Below, one piece after another: positions 55,837-64,000 of a stretch of 64,000 bases of DNA. Position 1 is the stretch's first letter. Every line of letters begins with the position of its first letter. A model generated the notes under the pieces. It searched no databases and was not told the DNA's origin. It worked only from the letters and a program-made list of their open reading frames with translations. A program made the translations under genes and the position numbers. Location: NCBI RefSeq assembly GCF_054482595.1, contig NZ_CM137008.1. One strand, written 5' to 3'.

Positions 55837-56685
55837 TTATTGAGGCCATGTTTTATCCTCAAATTTGTATTTTTCATCATAAAATGTAACCTTGAATTTT
55901 TTTACAGTAGAACTAATTTGTATGATTTTTAAAGGGGTAGGTTTTAATGAGAATTTATTTTTAAAATCAACTGATGTGTAATGAAATAATCGTCCTGTAC
56001 CAGGTCTATTTCCTAATGAAGGACGAATCAATCTATTATACTTAGGTACGATTTTCATGCCTGAATATCCACCATATGCAGTAATCGAAAAGTCCACGAT
56101 GCTGTATGCATAATCAGCAGAATTAATATCACCTCCCATTTTTTTTGCTATTACTCTGTAGAGTTCACGTATTAGACCTGAATCATACTCGTTAAAAAAT
56201 AAAGGTGATAAGCTTTCATAAAAATTATTCGCCCCATGAGCAACTAATGTGACGCCTATACCTTTTATTCGGTTTGAATGCACTACCTTACCAAATTTCA
56301 ACGCGCCAACCCCGCCTACGACCTGTCCTACAGATGCAACAATATCGAAACTTAAGTTCACATATTTTATCAAACCATGTTCTTCGAAAATATCAGTAGT
56401 GATATATTTATCATAATTTCCTTGTCTGAAAAGTTGATATTCTTTTCTTGCTGTTTCTGACTCCATTTTTAATTCATTGATAAGTCGTGTTTTTTCATTG
56501 ATGTCATATGAAGAATTGAATCTGTGAGTAATATCATTAATAGTATTTTCTATTTCTTGCAGATACTCGAATCTAACTAATGGGGACTCAATAAAAAATG
56601 TTGAAGCAAGTGTTGCGGTTTTGCGTAAAGAAAGGGCATATTTGTTAAGATCATATCGTAAATGACTTATAGCTGCTGTACCCAT
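55837..56685 (-). CDS. Hypothetical protein (282 aa) with a glycine-zipper segment
   Basis: AT-rich ORF convergent with the 138-aa gene, 12 nt between stops; central motif VASVGQVVGGVGALKFG; no recognisable catalytic motif; weak Shine-Dalgarno. Confidence 0.5.
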   Translation of the reverse strand: MGTAAISHLRYDLNKYALSLRKTATLASTFFIESPLVRFEYLQEIENTINDITHRFNSSYDINEKTRLINELKMESETARKEYQLFRQGNYDKYITTDIFEEHGLIKYVNLSFDIVASVGQVVGGVGALKFGKVVHSNRIKGIGVTLVAHGANNFYESLSPLFFNEYDSGLIRELYRVIAKKMGGDINSADYAYSIVDFSITAYGGYSGMKIVPKYNRLIRPSLGNRPGTGRLFHYTSVDFKNKFSLKPTPLKIIQISSTVKKFKVTFYDEKYKFEDKTWPQ

Positions 56686-56895
56686 TAAGTAGACTCTCTA
56701 TCCATAAACAAACAGTAATAACTATTGCTTGCGAAAATATGTTCTCTTTAATAAGAAATATTAACGAGTAATGATTCAAAAGTCTCTTGATGTTACAAAT
56801 TATTTCAAAATGATGGTGGTAATATAAGGAAAAACTCAAATTAGATGAACAAAACTAATTATTCACATTGGTAACAGGCAATTTGAGAATATTCT

Positions 56896-57384
56896 TTACT
56901 TCACCCGCGCCATATAATACGCATCGACATATTCACCATTACGCAATGCGTACTTCTTACCAGTCCCTTCAATTTCAAAGCCGTATTTTTTATAGACCTT
57001 AATTGCTGGCGCGTTATCGACGAACACCGTTAGCTCGATACGATCTACCCGCAACCAGTTGTCGCACATTTCAATCATCTCTCGCATAAGGGCGCTGGCG
57101 ACGCCGCGATTCTTCCAACGGGCGTCGACACAGATACCAAAATCGGCAACATGACTGCGGCGTGGGCGCTGTTGCACGTCAATGGTGAGGTGACCCACGA
57201 CGGTTCCATCAATACAGGCAACTAACTGTTTGATGCCGGGACGATCGGCGAGTCGCTCCTGCCACATATGATCGGAAGGATGAGGCACCTGTAGTGTGTT
57301 GCAATACACCTCCGGCTGGGCGTGAATCTGCCTGATGGCCTCGTAATCGCGCGTTTCAGCATGGCGTATCACTATCTCACTCAT
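56896..57384 (-). CDS. yhhY: GNAT-family N-acetyltransferase YhhY
   Basis: 162-aa protein starting MSEIVIRHAE with AAGAGGA upstream; the ORF track begins 93 nt further upstream. Confidence 0.9.
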   Translation of the reverse strand: MSEIVIRHAETRDYEAIRQIHAQPEVYCNTLQVPHPSDHMWQERLADRPGIKQLVACIDGTVVGHLTIDVQQRPRRSHVADFGICVDARWKNRGVASALMREMIEMCDNWLRVDRIELTVFVDNAPAIKVYKKYGFEIEGTGKKYALRNGEYVDAYYMARVK

Positions 57385-57482
57385 TCCTTTGTCCTCTTTG
57401 GGGTAAATGTCCCTTTCAACATCATTGACTTTCGAATGCGAGTCAAATGCATTTTTTTTGCAAAAAGTGTTGGACAAGTGCG

Positions 57483-57504
57483 AATGAGAATGATTATTAT
57501 TGTC
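57483..57504 (+). promoter_or_regulatory. Fur box overlapping the ryhB promoter
   Basis: AATGAGAATGATTATTATTGTC matches the Fur consensus GATAATGATAATCATTATC and sits immediately upstream of the ryhB start. Confidence 0.8.
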
Positions 57505-57506
57505 TC

Positions 57507-57598
57507 GCGATCAGGAAGACCCTCGCGGAGAACCTGAAAGCACGACATTGCTCACATTGCTTCCAGTATTACTTAGCCAGCCGGGTGCTGGCTTTTTT
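57507..57598 (+). ncRNA. ryhB: Iron-starvation small RNA RyhB
   Basis: Sequence GCGATCAGGAAGACCCTCGCGGAGAACCTGAAAGCACGACATTGCTCACATTGCTTCCAGTATTACTTAGCCAGCCGGGTGCTGGCTTTTTTTTT matches the RyhB sequence as I recall it, including its terminator. Confidence 0.95.
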
Positions 57599-57718
57599 TT
57601 TGATCTTTCGTTCTCAATTTATCCTCGGGAAGTGCTTGTGTTCGTTATGCGCACTCCAGTAGGAACCACGTCCGCTTTGCGCTAAGGTGTAAATAACCAC
57701 CTTAAAAAGGACGAAATC

Positions 57719-58756
57719 ATGGTCATCAACTGCGCCTTTATTGGCTTCGGCAAAAGCACCACCCGTTACCATCTGCCGTATGTACTTAACCGCAAGGATA
57801 GCTGGCATGTCGCGCATATTTTTCGTCGCCATGCGAAGCCGGAAGAACAGGCTCCCATTTACTCTCATATCCATTTCACCAGCGATCTCGACGAAGTGCT
57901 AAACGATCCCGATGTTAAGCTGGTTGTGGTCTGCACCCACGCGGACAGCCATTTCGAGTACGCGAAACGCGCGCTGGAAGCCGGGAAAAATGTGCTGGTC
58001 GAAAAACCGTTCACTCCGACACTTGCGCAGGCGAAAGAGCTGTTTGCACTGGCGAAAAGCAAAGGGCTGACCGTCACGCCATATCAGAATCGTCGCTTTG
58101 ATTCCTGCTTCCTGACAGCGAAAAAAGCGATTGAAAGCGGCAAGCTGGGAGAGATTGTCGAAGTGGAAAGCCATTTTGACTATTACCGCCCGGTGGCAGA
58201 AACCAAACCTGGGCTGCCGCAGGATGGCGCGTTCTATGGCCTTGGTGTGCATACGATGGACCAGATTATTTCTCTGTTCGGTCGCCCGGATCACGTCGCT
58301 TATGACATCCGCAGCCTGCGCAATAAAGCCAATCCTGACGATACTTTCGAAGCGCAACTGTTTTATGGCGATCTAAAAGCCATCGTCAAAACCAGCCATC
58401 TGGTGAAAATCGATTATCCGAAATTTATCGTTCACGGTAAGAAAGGTTCGTTTATTAAATACGGTATCGACCAGCAGGAAACCAGCCTGAAGGCTAATAT
58501 TATGCCGGGCGAACCGGGATTCGCAGCGGATGATTCGGTCGGTGTGCTGGAGTATGTCAATGACGAGGGCGTGACGGTCAGAGAAGAGATGAAGCCGGAG
58601 ATGGGCGATTACGGGCGCGTTTATGATGCGTTGTATCAAACCATCACCCACGGTGCGCCAAATTACGTCAAGGAATCTGAAGTTCTTACGAATCTGGAAA
58701 TCCTTGAACGCGGATTCGAGCAAGCCTCTCCCTCCACCGTGACTCTCGCGAAGTAA
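57719..58756 (+). CDS. yhhX: Gfo/Idh/MocA-family NAD(P)-dependent oxidoreductase YhhX
   Basis: 345-aa protein with N-terminal Rossmann fold (INCAFIGFGKS). Confidence 0.9.
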   Translation: MVINCAFIGFGKSTTRYHLPYVLNRKDSWHVAHIFRRHAKPEEQAPIYSHIHFTSDLDEVLNDPDVKLVVVCTHADSHFEYAKRALEAGKNVLVEKPFTPTLAQAKELFALAKSKGLTVTPYQNRRFDSCFLTAKKAIESGKLGEIVEVESHFDYYRPVAETKPGLPQDGAFYGLGVHTMDQIISLFGRPDHVAYDIRSLRNKANPDDTFEAQLFYGDLKAIVKTSHLVKIDYPKFIVHGKKGSFIKYGIDQQETSLKANIMPGEPGFAADDSVGVLEYVNDEGVTVREEMKPEMGDYGRVYDALYQTITHGAPNYVKESEVLTNLEILERGFEQASPSTVTLAK

Positions 58757-58878
58757 GTTTGATGGCCCCTCAAATAGTTCAATTTTTTTGAACAGAGGGG
58801 TCAATTTTCACCCTCTATCATCCCAGGCAGATCGGGTCCACACTAAGCCCATCGAAATCATTCAGGGGGCGAATACAA

Positions 58879-59574
58879 ATGATCTACTTACGCAAAGCAA
58901 ATGAACGTGGTCATGCAAATCATGGCTGGCTGGACTCCTGGCATACTTTCTCTTTTGCCAACTATTACGATCCGAACTTTATGGGCTTCTCCGCGCTGCG
59001 CGTGATTAACGACGACGTGATTGAAGCAGGGCAGGGCTTCGGCACTCACCCGCATAAAGATATGGAAATTTTGACCTACGTGCTGGAAGGTACTGTTGAG
59101 CACCAGGACAGCATGGGCAATAAAGAGCAGGTTCCGGCGGGCGAGTTCCAGATTATGAGTGCGGGTACGGGTATTCGTCACTCAGAGTACAACCCAAGCA
59201 GCACCGAGCGTCTGCATCTGTATCAGATCTGGATCATGCCTGAAGAAAACGGTATTACGCCGCGTTATGAACAGCGTCGCTTCGATGCCGTGCAGGGCAA
59301 ACAACTGGTGCTTTCGCCAGATGCGCGAGATGGTTCATTGAAAGTGCATCAGGATATGGAACTGTACCGCTGGGCGTTGCTGAAAGATGAGCAGTCGGTG
59401 CATCAGATTGCCGCTGAACGCCGCGTCTGGATCCAGGTGGTGAAAGGCAATGTCACCATTAACGGCGTGAAAGCCTCGACCAGCGATGGTCTGGCAATCT
59501 GGGATGAGCAGGCAATCTCCATCCATGCGGATAGCGACAGCGAAGTGTTACTGTTCGATCTGCCGCCGGTTTAA
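58879..59574 (+). CDS. yhhW: Pirin-like quercetin 2,3-dioxygenase YhhW
   Basis: 231-aa bicupin with metal-binding His residues (HPHKDMEI). Confidence 0.9.
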   Translation: MIYLRKANERGHANHGWLDSWHTFSFANYYDPNFMGFSALRVINDDVIEAGQGFGTHPHKDMEILTYVLEGTVEHQDSMGNKEQVPAGEFQIMSAGTGIRHSEYNPSSTERLHLYQIWIMPEENGITPRYEQRRFDAVQGKQLVLSPDARDGSLKVHQDMELYRWALLKDEQSVHQIAAERRVWIQVVKGNVTINGVKASTSDGLAIWDEQAISIHADSDSEVLLFDLPPV

Positions 59575-59797
59575 AACTCAACGGCATCTTTGAAGCCTGC
59601 CCTTTTGCAGGCTTCCTCGCTCGCTCCGGTCGCGTGCTGATGTACGCTTCCGGGGTTTTGCCGCGTCGTTAGCACAATGCGATGCAATTGATTTAGTGTA
59701 TATCTAATAATTGTAAACAAGCACTGTTTTCCCCGGGAAGGTTCTGATGCGTCCGTGTTAAACTAAGAGAATCTATCTCTTTTGTACCTTCAGGACG

Positions 59798-60793
59798 ATG
59801 AAAAAGAAAAGACCCGTACTTCAGGATGTGGCTGACCGTGTAGGCGTGACCAAAATGACGGTCAGCCGTTTTTTACGCAACCCGGAGCAGGTTTCCGTCG
59901 CTCTACGCGGCAAGATTGCCGCGGCTCTTGATGAACTGGGCTATATTCCCAATCGTGCGCCCGATATCCTCTCTAACGCCACCAGCCGGGCGATTGGCGT
60001 CCTGTTACCTTCTCTCACCAACCAGGTTTTCGCGGAAGTATTACGCGGAATCGAAAGCGTCACCGACGCGCACGGTTATCAGACCATGCTGGCCCACTAC
60101 GGTTATAAACCGGAAATGGAGCAAGAACGTCTCGAATCAATGCTCTCATGGAATATCGACGGACTTATCCTCACCGAACGTACCCACACGCCGCGCACCT
60201 TAAAGATGATTGAAGTGGCGGGGATTCCCGTGGTGGAACTGATGGACAGCAAGTCGCCATGCCTCGATATTGCCGTCGGTTTTGATAACTTTGAAGCGGC
60301 ACGCCAGATGACCGCCGCCATTATTGCTCGCGGGCATCGCCATATTGCCTATCTCGGCGCACGTCTCGACGAACGTACTATCATCAAACAGAAGGGATAC
60401 GAACAGGCGATGCGGGATGCAGGCCTGGTGCCGTATAGCGTGATGGTTGAGCAATCTTCTTCTTACTCTTCCGGTATTGAACTGATTCGCCAGGCGCGGC
60501 GGGAATATCCGCAGCTGGATGGCGTGTTCTGTACTAATGATGATCTGGCGGTCGGCGCGGCGTTTGAATGTCAGCGTCTGGGGTTAAAAGTTCCTGACGA
60601 TATGGCGATTGCCGGTTTCCACGGTCATGACATTGGTCAGGTGATGGAGCCACGACTTGCGAGCGTGCTGACGCCGCGTGAGCGGATGGGCAGTATTGGC
60701 GCTGAACGCCTTCTGGCGCGTATTCGTGGCGAATCTGTGACACCGAAAATGTTAGATTTAGGTTTCACCTTGTCACCGGGCGGATCTATTTAA
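59798..60793 (+). CDS. gntR: Gluconate operon repressor GntR (LacI family)
   Basis: 331-aa protein with LacI-type HTH (VTKMTVSRFL) and periplasmic-binding-protein-like domain. Confidence 0.95.
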   Translation: MKKKRPVLQDVADRVGVTKMTVSRFLRNPEQVSVALRGKIAAALDELGYIPNRAPDILSNATSRAIGVLLPSLTNQVFAEVLRGIESVTDAHGYQTMLAHYGYKPEMEQERLESMLSWNIDGLILTERTHTPRTLKMIEVAGIPVVELMDSKSPCLDIAVGFDNFEAARQMTAAIIARGHRHIAYLGARLDERTIIKQKGYEQAMRDAGLVPYSVMVEQSSSYSSGIELIRQARREYPQLDGVFCTNDDLAVGAAFECQRLGLKVPDDMAIAGFHGHDIGQVMEPRLASVLTPRERMGSIGAERLLARIRGESVTPKMLDLGFTLSPGGSI

Positions 60794-60931
60794 GCCCACA
60801 AATTTGAAGTAGCTCACACTTATACACTTAAGGCACGGATGGATATTGCTTCTGATATTGTCCGGCCGGAGAATGTTACCGATAACAGTTACCCGTAACA
60901 TTTTTAATTCTTGTATTGTGGGGGCACCACT

Positions 60932-61459
60932 TTGAGCACGACTAACCATGATCACCACATTTACGTCTTGATGGGCGTATCGGGCAGCGGCAAATCTGCG
61001 GTCGCAAGTGAAGTGGCGCATCAACTTCATGCCGCGTTTCTTGATGGCGATTTCCTCCATCCACGGCGCAATATCGAAAAAATGGCGTCTGGCGAACCGC
61101 TGAATGACGACGATCGCAAACCGTGGTTGCAGGCGCTGAACGACGCCGCGTTTGCTATGCAGCGCACTAATAAAGTGTCGCTGATCGTCTGTTCTGCATT
61201 GAAAAAACACTATCGCGACTTGCTGCGTGAAGGTAATCCGAATCTCTCTTTCATCTACCTGAAAGGCGATTTTGATGTGATTGAAAGCCGCCTGAAAGCG
61301 CGCAAAGGCCATTTCTTTAAAACCCAAATGTTGGTGACGCAGTTTGAAACGCTGCAGGAGCCGGGTGCGGACGAAACCGATGTACTGGTGGTGGATATCG
61401 ATCAACCGCTGGAAGGTGTTGTGGCAAGCACCATTGAGGTTATTAAAAAAGGCAAATAA
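60932..61459 (+). CDS. gntK: Thermoresistant gluconokinase GntK
   Basis: 175-aa protein starting with TTG (MSTTNHDHH); P-loop GVSGSGKS; GGGGG Shine-Dalgarno 8 nt upstream. Confidence 0.9.
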   Translation: MSTTNHDHHIYVLMGVSGSGKSAVASEVAHQLHAAFLDGDFLHPRRNIEKMASGEPLNDDDRKPWLQALNDAAFAMQRTNKVSLIVCSALKKHYRDLLREGNPNLSFIYLKGDFDVIESRLKARKGHFFKTQMLVTQFETLQEPGADETDVLVVDIDQPLEGVVASTIEVIKKGK

Positions 61460-61462
61460 GTA

Positions 61463-62803
61463 GTGACTACATTAACGCTTGTTTTAACAGCAGTAGGGTC
61501 TGTTTTACTGCTGCTGTTTTTAGTCATGAAGGCGCGTATGCACGCTTTCCTGGCTTTAATGGTGGTGTCCATGGGGGCTGGCCTTTTTTCCGGTATGCCG
61601 CTCGATAAAATCGCAGCGACGATGGAAAAAGGGATGGGAGGCACCCTCGGCTTCCTGGCGGTGGTTGTCGCCCTGGGAGCTATGTTTGGCAAGATCTTAC
61701 ATGAAACCGGCGCAGTCGATCAGATTGCCGTCAAAATGCTTAAATCCTTCGGTCACAGCCGCGCGCATTATGCCATCGGCCTTGCGGGGCTGGTCTGTGC
61801 GCTACCGCTGTTCTTTGAAGTGGCGATTGTTCTGCTGATTAGCGTTGCTTTCTCAATGGCGCGCCACACCGGTACGAACCTGGTGAAGCTGGTAATCCCA
61901 TTATTCGCAGGCGTGGCGGCCGCGGCTGCGTTCCTGGTGCCAGGGCCAGCGCCAATGCTGCTGGCATCGCAGATGAACGCCGATTTTGGCTGGATGATCC
62001 TGATTGGCCTGTGTGCGGCAATTCCGGGAATGATTATTGCCGGGCCGCTGTGGGGTAACTTCATCAGCCGTTACGTTGAGCTGCATATTCCTGACGACAT
62101 CAGCGAGCCGCATCTCGGCGAAGGCAAAATGCCGTCCTTCGGATTCAGCCTGTCGCTGATCCTGCTGCCGCTGGTGCTGGTGGGGCTGAAAACCATTGCC
62201 GCGCGTTTTGTGCCGGAAGGCTCTACCGCTTACGAATGGTTCGAGTTTATTGGTCATCCGTTTACCGCGATTCTGGTTGCTTGTCTGGTAGCGATTTATG
62301 GCCTGGCAATGCGTCAGGGCATGCCAAAAGACAAAGTGATGGAGATTTGCGGTCACGCGCTGCAACCGGCGGGGATCATTCTGCTGGTGATTGGTGCGGG
62401 CGGCGTGTTCAAACAGGTGCTGGTTGACTCTGGCGTAGGTCCGGCACTGGGCGAAGCGTTAACCGGCATGGGCCTGCCGATTGCTATCACCTGCTTCGTG
62501 CTGGCAGCTGCAGTGCGCATCATTCAGGGTTCTGCAACCGTTGCCTGTTTAACGGCGGTGGGACTGGTGATGCCGGTTATTGAACAACTGAACTACTCCG
62601 GTGCGCAAATGGCGGCGCTGTCGATTTGTATCGCCGGTGGTTCGATTGTTGTCAGCCACGTTAACGACGCTGGTTTCTGGTTGTTCGGTAAATTTACCGG
62701 CGCGACCGAAGCCGAAACGCTGAAAACCTGGACCATGATGGAAACCATCCTCGGCACTGTCGGTGCCATCGTTGGGATGATTGCGTTCCAGCTGTTGAGT
62801 TAA
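61463..62803 (+). CDS. gntU: Low-affinity gluconate permease GntU
   Basis: 446-aa GntP-family transporter; GTG start 3 nt after the gntK stop. Confidence 0.9.
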   Translation: MTTLTLVLTAVGSVLLLLFLVMKARMHAFLALMVVSMGAGLFSGMPLDKIAATMEKGMGGTLGFLAVVVALGAMFGKILHETGAVDQIAVKMLKSFGHSRAHYAIGLAGLVCALPLFFEVAIVLLISVAFSMARHTGTNLVKLVIPLFAGVAAAAAFLVPGPAPMLLASQMNADFGWMILIGLCAAIPGMIIAGPLWGNFISRYVELHIPDDISEPHLGEGKMPSFGFSLSLILLPLVLVGLKTIAARFVPEGSTAYEWFEFIGHPFTAILVACLVAIYGLAMRQGMPKDKVMEICGHALQPAGIILLVIGAGGVFKQVLVDSGVGPALGEALTGMGLPIAITCFVLAAAVRIIQGSATVACLTAVGLVMPVIEQLNYSGAQMAALSICIAGGSIVVSHVNDAGFWLFGKFTGATEAETLKTWTMMETILGTVGAIVGMIAFQLLS

Positions 62804-62814
62804 TTACTGCGACA

Positions 62815-62856
62815 AATTACTGCGAGCTTGCTCGCAGTAATTCATTTCTCTTTTCT
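62815..62856 (+). terminator. Rho-independent terminator of gntU
   Basis: Perfect 13-bp inverted repeat AATTACTGCGAGC-tt-GCTCGCAGTAATT followed by a T-rich tract. Confidence 0.8.
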
Positions 62857-62942
62857 CCTCTCTTCATCTTTTTGATCTCTCTCGCAAATTTACCTGCAAA
62901 TAATCCGTTCTAATCACTGCCCAAAGATCGCAGGAGATAAAG

Positions 62943-64000
62943 ATGGAAAAGCACGCAGCTGAATTGCTTTTACAGCGGATGTTAGGAAATACCACCGCTA
63001 CTTTCAGGGAAGGGCAATGGGAAGCCATAGACGCGGTGGTGAACCAACGGCGAAAACTGCTGGTTGTCCAACGCACTGGCTGGGGGAAAAGTGCTGTGTA
63101 CTTCATCGCCAGTAAAATCTTCCGCGATCGCGGCGCTGGCCCGACAATTATCATCTCTCCTTTGCTTGCCCTGATGCGTAACCAGGTTGCCGCCGCTGAA
63201 CGGTTAGGTATTACGGCTGAAACGTTGAATTCTACAAACAGAGAAGAATGGCAGCGCATTAGCGATAAGTTGCTGCAAGGTGAGGTCGATTGCTTGCTGG
63301 TTTCCCCGGAACGTTTGGCAAACCAGGACTTTATCGAAACGGTTTTATATCCTATAGCCGATCGTATTGGCTTGCTTGTGGTCGACGAGGCGCACTGCAT
63401 CTCTGATTGGGGCCACGATTTTCGCCCGGATTACCGACGTATATTAGATATTTTGCGCCAACTACCTGCGAATACCCCTGTTCTGGGTACAACCGCGACA
63501 GCGAATAACCGTGTCGTTGAGGATATCCGTCAGCAATTGGGTGACATTGTGATTCAGCGTGGAACGCTGGCTCGCGAAAGTTTGGCGCTTGATGCCTTAG
63601 TCTTAGGTGAACAGTCATCCCGTCTGGCATGGTTAGCAACGGTTATCCCTCAGTTTTCCAAATCGGGAATTGTTTATACCCTGACTACTCGCGATGCCGA
63701 ACTTGTCGCCGAGTGGTTAAGGAAAAATGGTATCAGTGCATTTGCTTACTACAGCGGCGTGACTTGCGAAGGCGCGGAAGATTCTAATACTGCCAGGGAA
63801 TATCTGGAGCAGGCGTTGCTGGCAAATAAAATTAAAGTGCTGGTTGCGACAACGGCGCTGGGAATGGGCTTTGACAAACCGGATTTGGGGTTTGTTATTC
63901 ATTACCAGATGCCAGGTTCGATAGTTGGTTACTACCAACAGGTGGGGCGTGCCGGTCGCGGTATCGATTCTGCTGTTGGCATACTGCTTTGCGGCAGTGA
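62943..64000 (+). CDS. RecQ-family DEAH-box DNA helicase paralogue (5' portion; continues beyond window)
   Basis: Open frame to the window edge; GGAG Shine-Dalgarno 6 nt before the ATG; helicase motifs I (TGWGKSAVY), II (VVDEAHCISDWGHDFRP), III (TATA) and VI (QQVGRAGR); sequence clearly differs from housekeeping RecQ. Confidence 0.75.
   Translation, partial: MEKHAAELLLQRMLGNTTATFREGQWEAIDAVVNQRRKLLVVQRTGWGKSAVYFIASKIFRDRGAGPTIIISPLLALMRNQVAAAERLGITAETLNSTNREEWQRISDKLLQGEVDCLLVSPERLANQDFIETVLYPIADRIGLLVVDEAHCISDWGHDFRPDYRRILDILRQLPANTPVLGTTATANNRVVEDIRQQLGDIVIQRGTLARESLALDALVLGEQSSRLAWLATVIPQFSKSGIVYTLTTRDAELVAEWLRKNGISAFAYYSGVTCEGAEDSNTAREYLEQALLANKIKVLVATTALGMGFDKPDLGFVIHYQMPGSIVGYYQQVGRAGRGIDSAVGILLCGS

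Noticed and set aside
56651-56839. 62-aa minus-strand ORF upstream of the 282-aa gene, considered as a possible frameshifted N-terminal part of a longer yhhZ-like gene
   Set aside because: The translation is implausible (His/Ile/Tyr-rich, no domain signal) and is not Hcp-like; treated as non-coding leader, though a frameshifted ancestral gene cannot be excluded without alignment

Overview
This 64 kb window is an Escherichia coli-type chromosomal segment (the ~77-78 min region), running in inverse orientation to the K-12 reference. All calls come from reading the six-frame ORF track and the sequence, plus recalled knowledge of the named families; no database search was run. The conserved backbone reads nikR-nikEDCBA, acpT, yhhT, yhhS, dcrB, yhhQ, tusA, zntA, yhhN, yhhM, yhhL, rsmD, ftsYEX, rpoH, livJ, panM, livKHMGF, ugpBAECQ, yhhA, ggt, yhhY, ryhB, yhhX, yhhW, gntRKU. 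Recognisable non-coding elements include the NikR and ZntR operators, the rpoH sigma-E promoter, Pho boxes upstream of ugpB, REP elements, the Fur-regulated ryhB gene and a likely preQ1 riboswitch ahead of yhhQ. Five accessory loci interrupt this backbone. (1) A GntR-regulated galactitol-family PTS operon with an FGGY kinase and its own HPr sits after nikR, where I recall K-12 has rhsB. (2) An 18-gene aryl-polyene (APE)-type biosynthetic operon lies between yhhT and acpT and ends in acpT. (3) A 248-aa membrane-anchored helical-repeat ORF sits between livF and ugpB. (4) An AT-rich two-gene cassette of unknown function lies between ggt and yhhY, where I recall K-12 has yhhZ-yrhA-IS1-yrhB. (5) A RecQ-family helicase paralogue begins after gntU and runs off the window edge. 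The ggt-yhhY cassette and the RecQ-like gene are the best candidates for something undescribed; the APE cluster is the most elaborate system but is a known family. No transposase, integrase, tRNA, rRNA or CRISPR array was found.
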